Positions 23,276 through 33,660 of a stretch of 36,367 nucleotides of DNA are shown piece after piece. The first letter of the stretch is position 1. Each line of letters begins with the position of its first letter. Origin of the DNA: Chiloscyllium plagiosum. Taxonomy: Eukaryota. A model generated the notes under the pieces. That model was given only the letters and a program-made list of their open reading frames with translations. It searched no databases and was not told the DNA's origin. The DNA lies in the NCBI RefSeq assembly GCF_004010195.1, contig NC_057751.1:10987051-11023417 (forward strand), written 5' to 3'. Position numbers and translations under genes: made by a program.

Positions 23276-24181
23276 ATACTTAACTTTTTTTATTTCTTTA
23301 TTTTTCAAATTTATTCCTGAGATCCTGCCCCTAAGTACCTTTGTATCAAAGGTGATGCCAGAAGTGGTGACAGGTGAGTACATGTGACAATACCCAAAGA
23401 TGCGGTGTCAACTGGTGAAGCTACCAAACATGACTACTTGCATGGCAAACAACATAAGCAGCAACTGACAGACAGAACTAAAAGATCACACAACCAACCG
23501 ATCAGATCGAAGCTCTGCAGTCCTGCTTCATCCTGTTGTGAACCAAAGTGGACAATTAAACAACTCACTGGAGGAGGAGGGTCCAGAAATATCCCCATCC
23601 TCAATGATGGAGGAGCCCACCACATCAGTACCAAAGATCAGGCTAAAGCTTTCACAGGAATTGTCAGCGAGATGTGCCAAGTGGATAATCCCTTTTAGCC
23701 TCTTCCAATGGTTCCCAATTCACAGATGCAGCTCTTCAGCAAATTCTATTCACTCCACCTGACATCAAGCAACAGTTGGATACACTAAATATTGCAAAGG
23801 CGATGGGCTCTGACAACATTCCAGCAATAGCCCTCGAGACTGGTGCTCCAGAACGTATCGTAGCCCAAGCCAATTTGTTCCGGTACAGTTACAACTTTGG
23901 CATCTACCTGACAAAATGGAAAATTGCCCAGCAATGTCTTGTACACAGAGAACAGGACAAATCCAACCCAGCCAATTACTGCCCCGTCAGTTTCCTGTCG
24001 ATCATCAGTCAACTGATGCAAAGCGTCATCACAGTGCTGTCCAACAACCTGCTCAGTGATACCCAGTTTGGGTTCCACCAGGGCCACTCAGCTCCTGAGC
24101 TCATTACAGCCTCAGCTCAAACATGGATAAAACAGCTGAACTCCAAAGGTGAGAATGAAAGTGACAGCCCTTGATATCAAG

Positions 24182-24507
24182 TGGGTAAAAACAATGACTG
24201 CAGATGCTGGAAACCAGATTCTGGATTAGTGGTGCTGGAAAAGCCAAGCAGTTCAGGCAGCATCCAAAGAGCAGTAAAATCAACGTTTCGGGCAAAAGCC
24301 CTTCATCAGGAATAAGTGGGTCAGGCAGCATCCGAGGAGCAGGAGAATCAACATTTTGGGCATAAGCCCTTCATTCCTGATGGGAGGAACGTCGATTCCT
24401 GAAACTTCGATTCTCTTGCTCCTCGGATGCTGCCTGACGGGCTGTGCTTATCCACTGCCATACGTTTCCACTCTGATCTCCAGCATCTGCAGTCCTCACT
24501 TTCTCCT
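24182..24507. mobile_element. Composite PLE-derived insertion inside the LINE (palindromic element carrying a second element at 24187..24313)
   Basis: Outer duplication agcccttgatatcaag / agcctttgacagcaag; inner duplication aagtgggt (24179-24186, 24314-24321). Confidence 0.78.
24278..24313 (-). ncRNA. Minimal type I hammerhead-ribozyme-like motif (PLE-associated)
   Basis: Minus strand: attc CTGATGA A GGGC tttt GCCC GAA ACGT T|gatt. Core and helix II intact, palindromic helix III, weak helix I. Confidence 0.55.
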
Positions 24508-25765
24508 AGCCTTTGACAGCAAGGCCACATCTGACTGTGTGTGGCATCAACAAGCCCTAGCAAAACTGGAATTAATGGGAATCAGGGGGCAGACTCTCCA
24601 CTGGTTCAAGTCATATCTGACACATAGGAAGATGGTCATGGTTGCTGGAGCTCTGTTATCTCAGGTCCACTCCATCTCTGAAGGAGTTCCTGGTCACAAC
24701 CGTTTTCAGCTACTTCGGCAATGACATTCCCTCCATGTGAGGTCAGACATGGAGATGTTTACCAATATCTTGACAATGTTCAGCACCATTTACAACTCCT
24801 CAGATACCTAAAACAGTCCGTGCTTAAATGCAACAAGATCCATACAATATCCAGGACAAGTGGTATTTAAAATTCATGCCATACAAATGCCAGGCAAAGC
24901 CTATCTCCAATAAAAAAAATCAAACTATTGTCCCTTGATGTTCAATAGTATTACCATCTCTGAACCTCCCATTGTCAACATTTTTGCTGTTACTGTTGAC
25001 CCAAACCTCATCTGGACTCGTCACATAAATATAGTAGCAACAAAAGCAACTCAGAGGCATGGAACACTGTAGTGAGTAACTCACCTCCTGACACCCCAAA
25101 GCCTGTCCACCATCTGCAAGGCACAAGTCAGCAGTGGGATGGAATACTCCCCACTTACCTCGATGAGTGCAGCCCCAACAACACTCAAGCTCAACACCAT
25201 CAAGGACAAAGCAGTCCACTGGATTGGCACCACATCCCACTCCCCCCCACCACTGTCACTCAGTAGCAGCACTGTGCACCCTCTGCAAGACACCCTACAG
25301 AAATTCCCCAAAGATCCTTAGACAGCACTTCCCAAACCTACAACCACGTCCATCGAGAAGGACAAGGGCAGCAGATACACGGGAACCGCCTGCAAGTTTC
25401 CCTCCAAGCCACTCACCATCCTGATGGAAATATATCACCATTCCCTAACTGTTCCTGGGTCAAAATCCTGGAATTCTCACTTCAAGGGCATTGTGAGTCT
25501 ACCAACAGCACATGGACTGCAGAGGTTAATGAAGGCAGCTCACCACCACATCCACAAGGGCAACTTCAAGGCAGGCAATAACTGCTGGCCAGTCCACATC
25601 CCATCAGTGAATTGAAAAAAAATTCAAAAGCCTCCAAAGACAGGAATGCTTTAGACATTAAAGTCTTTGAAGACAATGGATTTGGTATCTTGTGCACAAT
25701 TTCAGAGCCCTGATGGCCTCAGGATTTTTATCCTTAAGTCAAACCTTTCTTCTGCATGTTTTGGA

Positions 25766-25926
25766 GGTGTCGGTATTAGACTGGGGTGTACAAAGTTAAA
25801 TATCACACAACACTAGGTTATAGTCCAACAGGCTTCTTTGGAAGCACTAGCTTTCGGAGCAACGCTCCTTCAGCACTCCGAAAGCTAGTGCTTCCAAAGA
25901 AGCCTGTTGGACTATAACCTGGTGTT
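25766..25926. mobile_element. Fold-back PLE-derived element with a 51-bp near-perfect inverted repeat
   Basis: Arms 25809-25859 and 25876-25926, one mismatch, 16-nt spacer. Confidence 0.8.
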
Positions 25927-25938
25927 AAAATCAACGAA

Positions 25939-26215
25939 GTAAAAACAATGACTGCAGATGCTGGAAACCAGATTCTGGATCAGTGGTGCTGGAAGAGCAC
26001 AGCAGTTCAGACAGCATTCAGGAGCAGCGAAATCGACGTTTTGGGCAAAAGCCCTTCATCAGGAATAAAGGCAGAGAGCCTGAAGTGTGGAGAGATAAGC
26101 TAGGGGAGGGTGGGGGTGGGGAGAAAGTAGCATAGAGTACAATAGGTGAGTGGGGGAGGGGATGAAGGTGATAGGTCAGGGAGGAGAGGGTGGAATGGAT
26201 AGGTGGAAAAGGAGT
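25939..26215 (-). mobile_element. PLE 3' region and terminal repeat (same subfamily as 24187..24313)
   Basis: Near match to 24185..24315, followed by the purine-rich tract seen next to the other PLE ends; core CTGATGAAGGGCttttGCCCAAAACGTC. Confidence 0.78.
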
Positions 26216-28349
26216 TGCATGATTTTTAATTTTTCTTTTGCAAGCCGTTCTGAACAGACAAAACATTTGGCCACAAGGTGGCACCAAACCTAGCCTTGAA
26301 AGCAGTCAGAAAATGTGGAAGGTGCAGAAACTCTGACAACCATTTAACAAATTGCATCAACCGAGAGTTAGACTATCTTTCTTCACTTGAATTCCCACAA
26401 TCCCAGGCAATGCAAGAGGCCAAAAACATCCAATTAAAACAGCATGGTATCCTCCACAGTGCATGGTTTTGATGCAGCTTTTGTGCCACATCAGGGTGAA
26501 GGATTGCGACATCAACAATGCAAGTGAAGTTTTCCACTCAATGTCAAACTCCTGTACTCTGAGAATTAGGGAAACAAAAGAGTTAGGAGAGAGAAAATAA
26601 ACCAAGGAAAATGTAAAAAGTTGTAATTAAAATAAAACAAAAGAACAAAAAGCTGGAGGACTAACAGCGCACATGCAGAATAGTTAATGCTAAGTACCTG
26701 AAAGGTTGACGCAGTATTTACAGTGTCATGGAGTCACAGAGGTGTACAATACAGAAAGACACCATTTTGTGAAAACCATTATTACACTTTCAACAGCAAG
26801 CTTCATTTGAGCGAACTGCAAACATACAGCTCCTTCATACCATTCAGGGCATTTGAATAGCAACCTAAGAAAGCAATGGTGACAAAGGCAGGCAACCTTT
26901 GCAACAGTAACTTTTCAATGACCCAATCTGAATCAAGCACACACCATTTCGATTAAAACTGCTTTCACACTTGCACTTAAAACTCAGCAGATATTTTGAC
27001 AGCATTTCTTTTGGCCCAATTGTGGGACTTGTGAAAGGAGAAAGAAAAATGGAAAGAAGATGCCATCATCATTCTTTCCTTGTTGATTACATCATTCCAC
27101 ATCCTGCCCACAGCCCAAGACCTACACTCTGTTGTAAACCCACAAAGACAAAAGACTCAGATCAAATGAATCGACCGGAATGTACTCATTCACCAAGTTT
27201 CAAACTTACACTAGCACTAATTAAAACCCTTAGGCAGGGACAGCTTTCCGATAACGCTGCCAACTTTTTTGGCTCCAATTGCATACATTTGTTTCATGAA
27301 CACAAAAAGCCAAGTATCATTACAGCATGGTTTTAACCAGTTCATTGATGGATGATCCAAATAACACATCTTCTTAATAACCGTTAGGACTTCTAACAGA
27401 TCGTAATCAAGCTGGAACTGGTGGCCAAGTATTACAATCCAACATGACAGCACTAAAATATATGGTACACTTCAATGAAAAGTCTGCAACTTTCATTTAT
27501 CAAGTACATCGGATGAGAGACATTGGAAACTTATGAAGGGAATAAGACCACAAGATTTCTCAGTTTTTAAGAAACAGCAATAAACTTGATGAGTCTATGT
27601 TAGGACAGGAGTATCATCTACAATACATGCACATCTTTTTGCCAACATGTGTAAAAAGACATGTGGTAAATATGGTTAAATAGGCTGTGATCAAATACTC
27701 TACTGTACACATTAAAAAGCTAAAATAATCAAGACACTTCTTAGTTTCTCTGACTTCTCAATCAGTTTTCAACAGAGAACCTGTCATTCAGTTGCCTTGC
27801 CAGCAATACATTTAAACATGGAATGTACATCTGCATCTCCTGATCACAGATTGACTTGACCGACTGCTTTGGATTTCTTCAGCAATTGGCCATGACCTAC
27901 CGAAACCGTGACATGCTGAAACACTTGCAATAGGCCTAGCCTCTATTGCCCAGCAGAGGTGAATACAGCCTTCTCACAAAGTCTTGGAGCTGCACGCACT
28001 TGACATGTTACAATTCACAGGTTGCTGGCAGCCCCAGGACAACTGGAAACAACAGGAGGAAATGGCTGTCAGCACAACAGTTATTGAATTAGCAATCCAG
28101 AGGCTCAGACTAACTAAGGCCATGGTTTAAAAACGAATCATCACAACCCGTGGAATTTCAATAGACAAGAACAAAGAAAACGGGAATGGGCCTTTCAGCC
28201 CATCAAGCCTGCTCCTGGGTGAGCGAACATTTCAAATCCTTTTTATCTATCGCATCCCTGTGACCCTCCACACCTGATCAGAAATCTATCCCTCTCTAAC
28301 TAAAACATGCTGCAAGATTGAGTATCCACAGCACTCTGATGCAAAGGCT

Positions 28350-28775
28350 GACTGGACCTCCCAGTCACCACCCATTTTAATTCCTCTTCCCACTCCCTTT
28401 CCGACATGACCATCTTTGGCCTCCTCCATTGCCACAACAAACCAAACTGCGAATTGGAAGGACCTCACCGCATCTTCCACCTGGACAGCCCATAGGCCAG
28501 AGGACTCAACACTGAGTTCTCCAATTTCCAATAACCTCCCTTCCCAGCCCCACACGCTCCTTCCTGCCACCAACCAGATTCATTCCTCCTATTGACCAAC
28601 AGGGTCATACCCTCGACCTGTCTTCACCTATCCTGTCTTCACCTATCCCCACTTCACCACCCTGCCCCCACCACTCCCTTTATCTGCAGCTCCATCTACA
28701 ACCACCTCCAGTCCTGAAGAAGGAAGGGTTACACTCGCAACATTGACTTCTCCATCTCCTGATGGTGCCTGGCTT
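28350..28775 (+). mobile_element. Penelope-like element 3' fragment: endonuclease C-terminus, C-rich UTR and decayed hammerhead-like motif
   Basis: 28355..28534 reads DLPVTTHFNSSSHSLSDMTIFGLLHC...RIFHLDSP*ARGLNTEFSNFQ* (resembles a PLE GIY-YIG C-terminus, P.GLN motif); agtcCTGAAGAAGG...gact at 28710-28748. Confidence 0.75.
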
Positions 28776-28889
28776 ACGGTTACTTTGAACGGTTTATTCT
28801 TGCATATCTCAACAATTTGACCCAGGAAACTAGTTACCGATGGGTGGCTCAATCTTGTCTCAATGACAATTCACAAGATAACAACTAAT

Positions 28890-29160
28890 GAAAATGTCTC
28901 AGGGTGTTTCACAGAACAGATGTAAAGCAAAATCTGACACCATGGTATAAAAGGAAATGTCAGGGCAGATCAGCAAAACCTTCAGCGAAGTAATAAATGA
29001 TGTAGATTTTGAGGAGTGATTTAAAGATAACCAGAGCAGGGAAATTAAGTGGTCAAATGCGGGCATTTCAGAGTCGAGGGCCTTGGCAAGACATTAACTG
29101 TAAAGAAACTGACATCCAGGATGCTCAAGATGTCCAACTAGAGCAGTGCAGATACTTTGG
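28890..29160 (-). mobile_element. Possible degenerate L2 LINE 3' fragment
   Basis: Resemblance, from memory only, to reverse-oriented L2 tails of cartilaginous fish. Confidence 0.4.
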
Positions 29161-29332
29161 GAGGTCAGGGGAGGGGGAGGGGGGGTGGGGGGGCTGGAGG
29201 AAATTATATACATACAGACCAATGGATTCTAAGCTTTTTTCAAACACTGTTCCTTGTTTAGAGAGTTGATCTGAGCTTCTCAAAGAGGTGACTTGTTGTC
29301 TATTATTAGTTTTGCTCCCATCATGCTCCTAC

Positions 29333-29460
29333 CTCACTCAGCAATCCTCTAGCATCAGAATCATTGATTTCTCTGCAACCCGGACTTGTCATCTCCACAT
29401 CGGTAGATGCCCGGCTACGTTTTTTCAATGGCTTGCATGAATCTGAAAGTTCGCTGGCAC
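29333..29460 (-). CDS. NSD3: NSD3 exon ((G)ASELSDSCKPLKKRSRASTDVEMTSPGCREINDSDARGLLSE)
   Basis: Acceptor gcttttag|, donor GAG|gtagga; 128 nt; strong peptide match. Confidence 0.93.
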
Positions 29461-29650
29461 CTAAAAGCAAAACAGGGAGGCTGTTTGGCTTCAGTCTTTT
29501 CACAGGACATTCTGTTACACAGCAAAATGAAAGCAGACCCAAGTCACGAAACAAAGCAATTCATGTTTGCAAGATGCCTCAAAAATTCTTATGGCAAATG
29601 CTCAGCATCAAGGATCACAACAGTATAACATGTCGCTGGTAGGACCTTAC

Positions 29651-29741
29651 CTGGCAGAGTTGAACTCATTGTTCCATGCGCATGGGGTAATGATGTTCCT
29701 CTCTGTGGGCCAGTCATCTCAGTTGTTGGAACAGTTTCCAC
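29651..29741 (-). CDS. NSD3: NSD3 exon (VETVPTTEMTGPQRGTSLPHAHGTMSSTLP)
   Basis: Acceptor ttcgcag|, donor CAG|gtaagg; 91 nt, phase 0 to 1; begins with VETVP as in NSD3. Confidence 0.85.
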
Positions 29742-31397
29742 CTGCGAACCAAAACACAAATTATAAATCCAAATTAACAGTGAATCCAAAGATGAATAAC
29801 TCTATGTTGGCTGTGGTATGACGGCACACTTCACTCATTCCAGGTACTTCCAGTTACTATATCTGTGAACTCTGTAAGACTCTTATTGGAATTCAAATAA
29901 TCACAGTGACAGCAACACTACTGTGTTCACACAAATCAACTGGATTTCTGAATTAACTACTTTTACATTCACTGCGTCTCCTTTCAAATGGAATAGCGTT
30001 TCTAAAGTGAGTTGTAAAATAAACATACATTGCTTTTTCACAATAAGGTGATTGAATTAATTTAGTGAATCTCCAGTCTTTGGTCAAATTCCCTGGCCTC
30101 TGCCAAAACAGCATGGACTAAAATATAATTTTTCTCTCCACAACAGTGACTTGAATTAATGTGCAGTTTACTCATTATTCTTTCATGTACTGTTTAACAG
30201 TTGTACTGATGGGATGGTTTTCTTCAACTCCTGGACATCCACTATTCTGTTTCCTATTCTTCATACATACAACAAGAGAGGAGAATGAATTTTTAAGCAT
30301 TGGCAGTAAAATCTTTATGTGGTTTTTTTCGTTGAAATATTGTATTCATGTCATTTAACTTTTCAAATAAAAACTGAAAACCCTATTTGTCTCCCTTTTC
30401 CTTTATGTTAAAGGGTGTGACAGCAGATGACAGGAATTTCACTTCACATCAGTTCAAATTATTTTGTGAAAGTGAAGCTCAATTCTGTAACAACTTGAGC
30501 TCCTCATAGGCATTTAATGCAGATCCAGTACCCAAGCCTAGCAGGCTGAAAAACAGTTCTCCTTACAAGAAGTCATTTGTCTCTCTGGGTCATGCGCAAT
30601 CTTAACATAATTTACCTGGGGAGCTCAAATAACATGCATTCAGTTGCTGTCCTGGATTGTGCATTTCATGATCTACCATTCTGAGTATGAGTTGGATTGA
30701 ATCATTCACTGAAAATACATGATTTAAACACAGACAGCAATCGACCCAAGATTTGCATAAAGCTACTCTGGTAGTCACAATCCTGGAAAATCCACCACGA
30801 CAATTAACAGCAGACACAAAAACATTCTGGTTTTGTTTTTATATTCAGTATATTGGAGTCAATGAACAAACAAAACCCCTTTTTCAATCAAGCAAGGAAC
30901 AGGAACAGGGAATTTTGCAAAGGAAAGCCTGGTCATGGAAGAATAAACAGATTGTGAAGTTGAGTGGAGTAAGAGAAAGTCTCTTGGATGAAGACAGTAT
31001 AGTATTGCTGAGTGTGGAGGAGCCATAACTTATGAGATGGGAGGAATATGAGACAAAGGGACCTGATGAACTGAACTGATTAAACTACAAAATTGGTATT
31101 CCAACTGGGAAGTGAGAGGTCACTCACATTGAATCCAATCAACAAAAATCCTACCATTCAAGAGTGAGAGACTTAGAGTTATAGAACAATAACATCATTC
31201 TGACTTCAATGTGTACAAACTAACCGGTATGACATGGTGGCATAGGAAACCAAGAACAATTTGGAAGGAGAATGAACTGCAGTGTCAAGAGGCTTAAAAT
31301 TCACAAGTGACTAAGGGAAATGTATACCAAAACAGTATAGACAGTTTCAGTAGAATAACATCAAGAACCAGACAACAGAACCCAGTACAAGGAAGGG

Positions 31398-32212
31398 AAA
31401 AAGTGAGGATTGCAGATGCTGAAAAGTCACAGTTGATAAAGCATGGCACAGGACAAAACACAGCAAGTCAGGCAGCATCCAAGGAGCACGAAAGAGTCAA
31501 CATTTCGGGCAATCCTTCCTCAGGCCTGGGGAGGGGGAACAGGGCTGAGAGATAAATTGTGTGTTGGGGTGGGGCTAGGGGAAAGGTAGGTGAGATGGCA
31601 ATAGGTGGGCGAAGGTTGGAGTGATGTTGATAAGTCAGAGCGGAGGGTGGAGCGGATAGGTGGGAGGGAAGATGGGCAGGTAGATCTACCCTCTTGACGA
31701 CCTGAGTCGGAGGGTTAGATGTAGGATGTGGTGGGGGGAGGGGAGATTTGAAAATTGGTGAATTCAATGTTTATATTGTGTGGTTGTAGGCTGAGGATGT
31801 GGAGTTCCTCCTCCAGTTTTCAGGGGAAAAAAAAAACATCCACAAACTGGAGAAGGAACGTCTCATCTTCCATCTGGGGAGGCACCAACCACATGGCATC
31901 AACACCGAATTCACCAATTTCCAAATCTCCCCTGCACCCACCACATCTCAGATCCAACTCTGACTCAGATCCACCCTCTTGACCTACCTGGCCATCTTCC
32001 TTCCCACCTATCCACTCAACATTTCCCACTGACCTATCAACATCACCTATGACCTTCGCCCACCTACCTTTCCCCGAGCACATCCCCATGCCACCCAATT
32101 TACCTCTCAGGCCTGTTCCCCCTGCCCATGTCCAAAACATTGATTCTCTCTTGCTCCTCAGATACTACCTGACCTGCTGTGCTTTTTCCAGCGCCACGCT
32201 TTACCAACTCTT
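31398..32212. mobile_element. Inverted pair of PLE 3' ends (about 800-bp imperfect palindrome)
   Basis: Left arm (minus) 31398..~31820 mirrors right arm (plus) ~31841..32212; right arm encodes HKLEKERLIFHLGRHQPHGINTEFTNFQI. Confidence 0.78.
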
Positions 32213-32454
32213 CAGTGCAAGTAAGGCCAACCTAATAATTTTTCTACTTTTGCATTTCCATGGCTTATTAACGATCCAACAGCCATATTAAACTTAAAAG
32301 CATATTCAATAAAATTGATCAAGTTGAGCTACTCCTTTTTATTGGAACCAAAAGGCATAAAATTGGAGCTGGGAAATTGAGCACAAGATCACAAGTTTCA
32401 CATAAATGCCAGTGCGAATTTTATTCCTTCTCTCCCCCTCAAATGAGATAGTGT

Positions 32455-32635
32455 TGGACTCTAGGCCTTTGAGGTTTTCAAGAATAAGGTTCACAGATTT
32501 TCATCAGTGAAGTGCAACTGGGGCCATGGATCAAAGAGAAGGAAATGGAGTTGAGGGACAGATAAGCTGGTGACTTAATTGAATGATAGAATTGAGTCGA
32601 GGGGATGAATGGACTACTTCTGTTCCCTTGGTCTT
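32455..32635 (+). mobile_element. Degenerate CR1 3' UTR fragment
   Basis: ttaattgaatg...gtcgaggggatgaatggactacttctgttcc resembles the CR1 tails at 18960-19030 and 19580-19640. Confidence 0.55.
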
Positions 32636-32679
32636 CCCTGACCCACTAATAACCAAACCTCCATGGTCCCAGGATGTAC

Positions 32680-32771
32680 CTGTTCTTTTCGCATTTTCTT
32701 TTTCGGTACAACTTCAGTGACTTTCTCCGATTCAGAGCGACTTCGAACTGATCTTCTTTGTTGTTTCCTTT
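32680..32771 (-). CDS. NSD3: NSD3 exon ((E)RKQQRRSVRSRSESEKVTEVVPKKKMRKEQ)
   Basis: Acceptor ccttcag|, donor CAG|gtacat; 92 nt; close match to the NSD3 basic linker. Confidence 0.93.
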
Positions 32772-33521
32772 CTGAAGGATGCGAAAGACAATTTTAAACC
32801 GAAAAAAAAAACAGAAACATGAAAGGAAATATCAAAAGGCACAGAATGCATCAGGGAGAAATTAGGTGGATCTGGAATCCTTAATGGCTGACGCAGAAGG
32901 AAGCCCCACTTGTCTTAAAATGCTCAGACTGTTCTTGCCTCACCTCCCCCATCTTTATCGAGCTGTCTAATAATTTCTCTTTAACCCCCCCACCCCCAAC
33001 CTTAAATAAATATTAGACACCGACAGTTAAATTAAATAATCACGAGATTGAGCAGCAAACAAAAACCTCTTTTACAAAAACTCTCAAATCAAGGTTCACA
33101 AAGAGCAGGAAAAAGCCTGACTTGGATCAGCCCCAAACTTTCTCACAAAGATCAGAATGGAATTTTATCAGTTGGCTTCATTCCGTAATCTGAGAGTTGC
33201 CTGGCCAAAACTTGTGACATAACAAAATGAAAAACTTCAAGCTGCTGCATTTATGCTCACATTTCCCAGTGTAGCGAATCTGCAAAATCAACAACTTTAT
33301 GGGGTCATGCCTGCAATGGCTCCATATCAGCACAAGCAGGCACAGAATACATGCAAACATACAGATGAAAGTCAGTTATTCTGCATGTGCCATCCAGTTA
33401 ACTTGCAGAGACAGCTCAGGAGATCAGAAAGCAAGTCAAGTGTCAGCCTGCATTCCAGAGGAACATGAAGTGGAAAACAATGCAAGGCATTTTCATGAAG
33501 GGGACAAAGACAATTGTTTAC

Positions 33522-33660
33522 CTGAGGAAATCAGGTGTGCTTCTCCACGCACAGAGAACTGAACCTCTGCGTCTCGCTTCTCACTTCGCAGACTTAAAGG
33601 GGTGATGAGAACTTCCTTAACTTCTCTTTGCGATGGCTCTGCCTTAATACTTGCTCCCTT
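33522..33660 (-). CDS. NSD3: NSD3 exon, linker (KGASIKAEPSQREVKEVLITPLSLRSEKRDAEVQFSVRGEAHLISS)
   Basis: Acceptor ttcctag|, donor CAG|gtaaac; 139 nt, open. Phase 1 end fits the next exon. Only weak similarity to human KGIGNKTEISVRGQDRLIIST. Start could be 33657 (tandem TAG AAG). Confidence 0.75.

Larger units (their letters stand above)
23392..25623 (+). mobile_element. CR1/L2-group LINE relic with RT remnants and A-rich tail
   Basis: ORF 23776..24174 (KAMGSDNIP...NPANYCPVS.LSIIS...QFGF.QGHS), ALDIK..FD.VWH motif, A tail at ~25615-25622. Confidence 0.85.
3992..33660 (-). other. NSD3: NSD3/WHSC1L1 histone H3K36 methyltransferase gene, partial (16 internal coding exons; gene extends beyond both window ends)
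   Basis: Exons join into one open 785-codon frame with PHD, PWWP, AWS, SET and post-SET motifs. NSD3-diagnostic peptides are present: KQQRRSVRSRSESEK, SDSCKPLKKRSRASTDVEMTS, and the YKSHYLL..SNR insert in PHD4. Confidence 0.95.

Noticed and set aside
27820..27900. Cryptic NSD3 exon
   Set aside because: Weak splice signals and an immediate stop in the required phase.
3992..33660. Assignment as NSD1 or NSD2
   Set aside because: Despite an NSD1-like post-SET, the linker peptides and the PHD4 insert are NSD3-specific.
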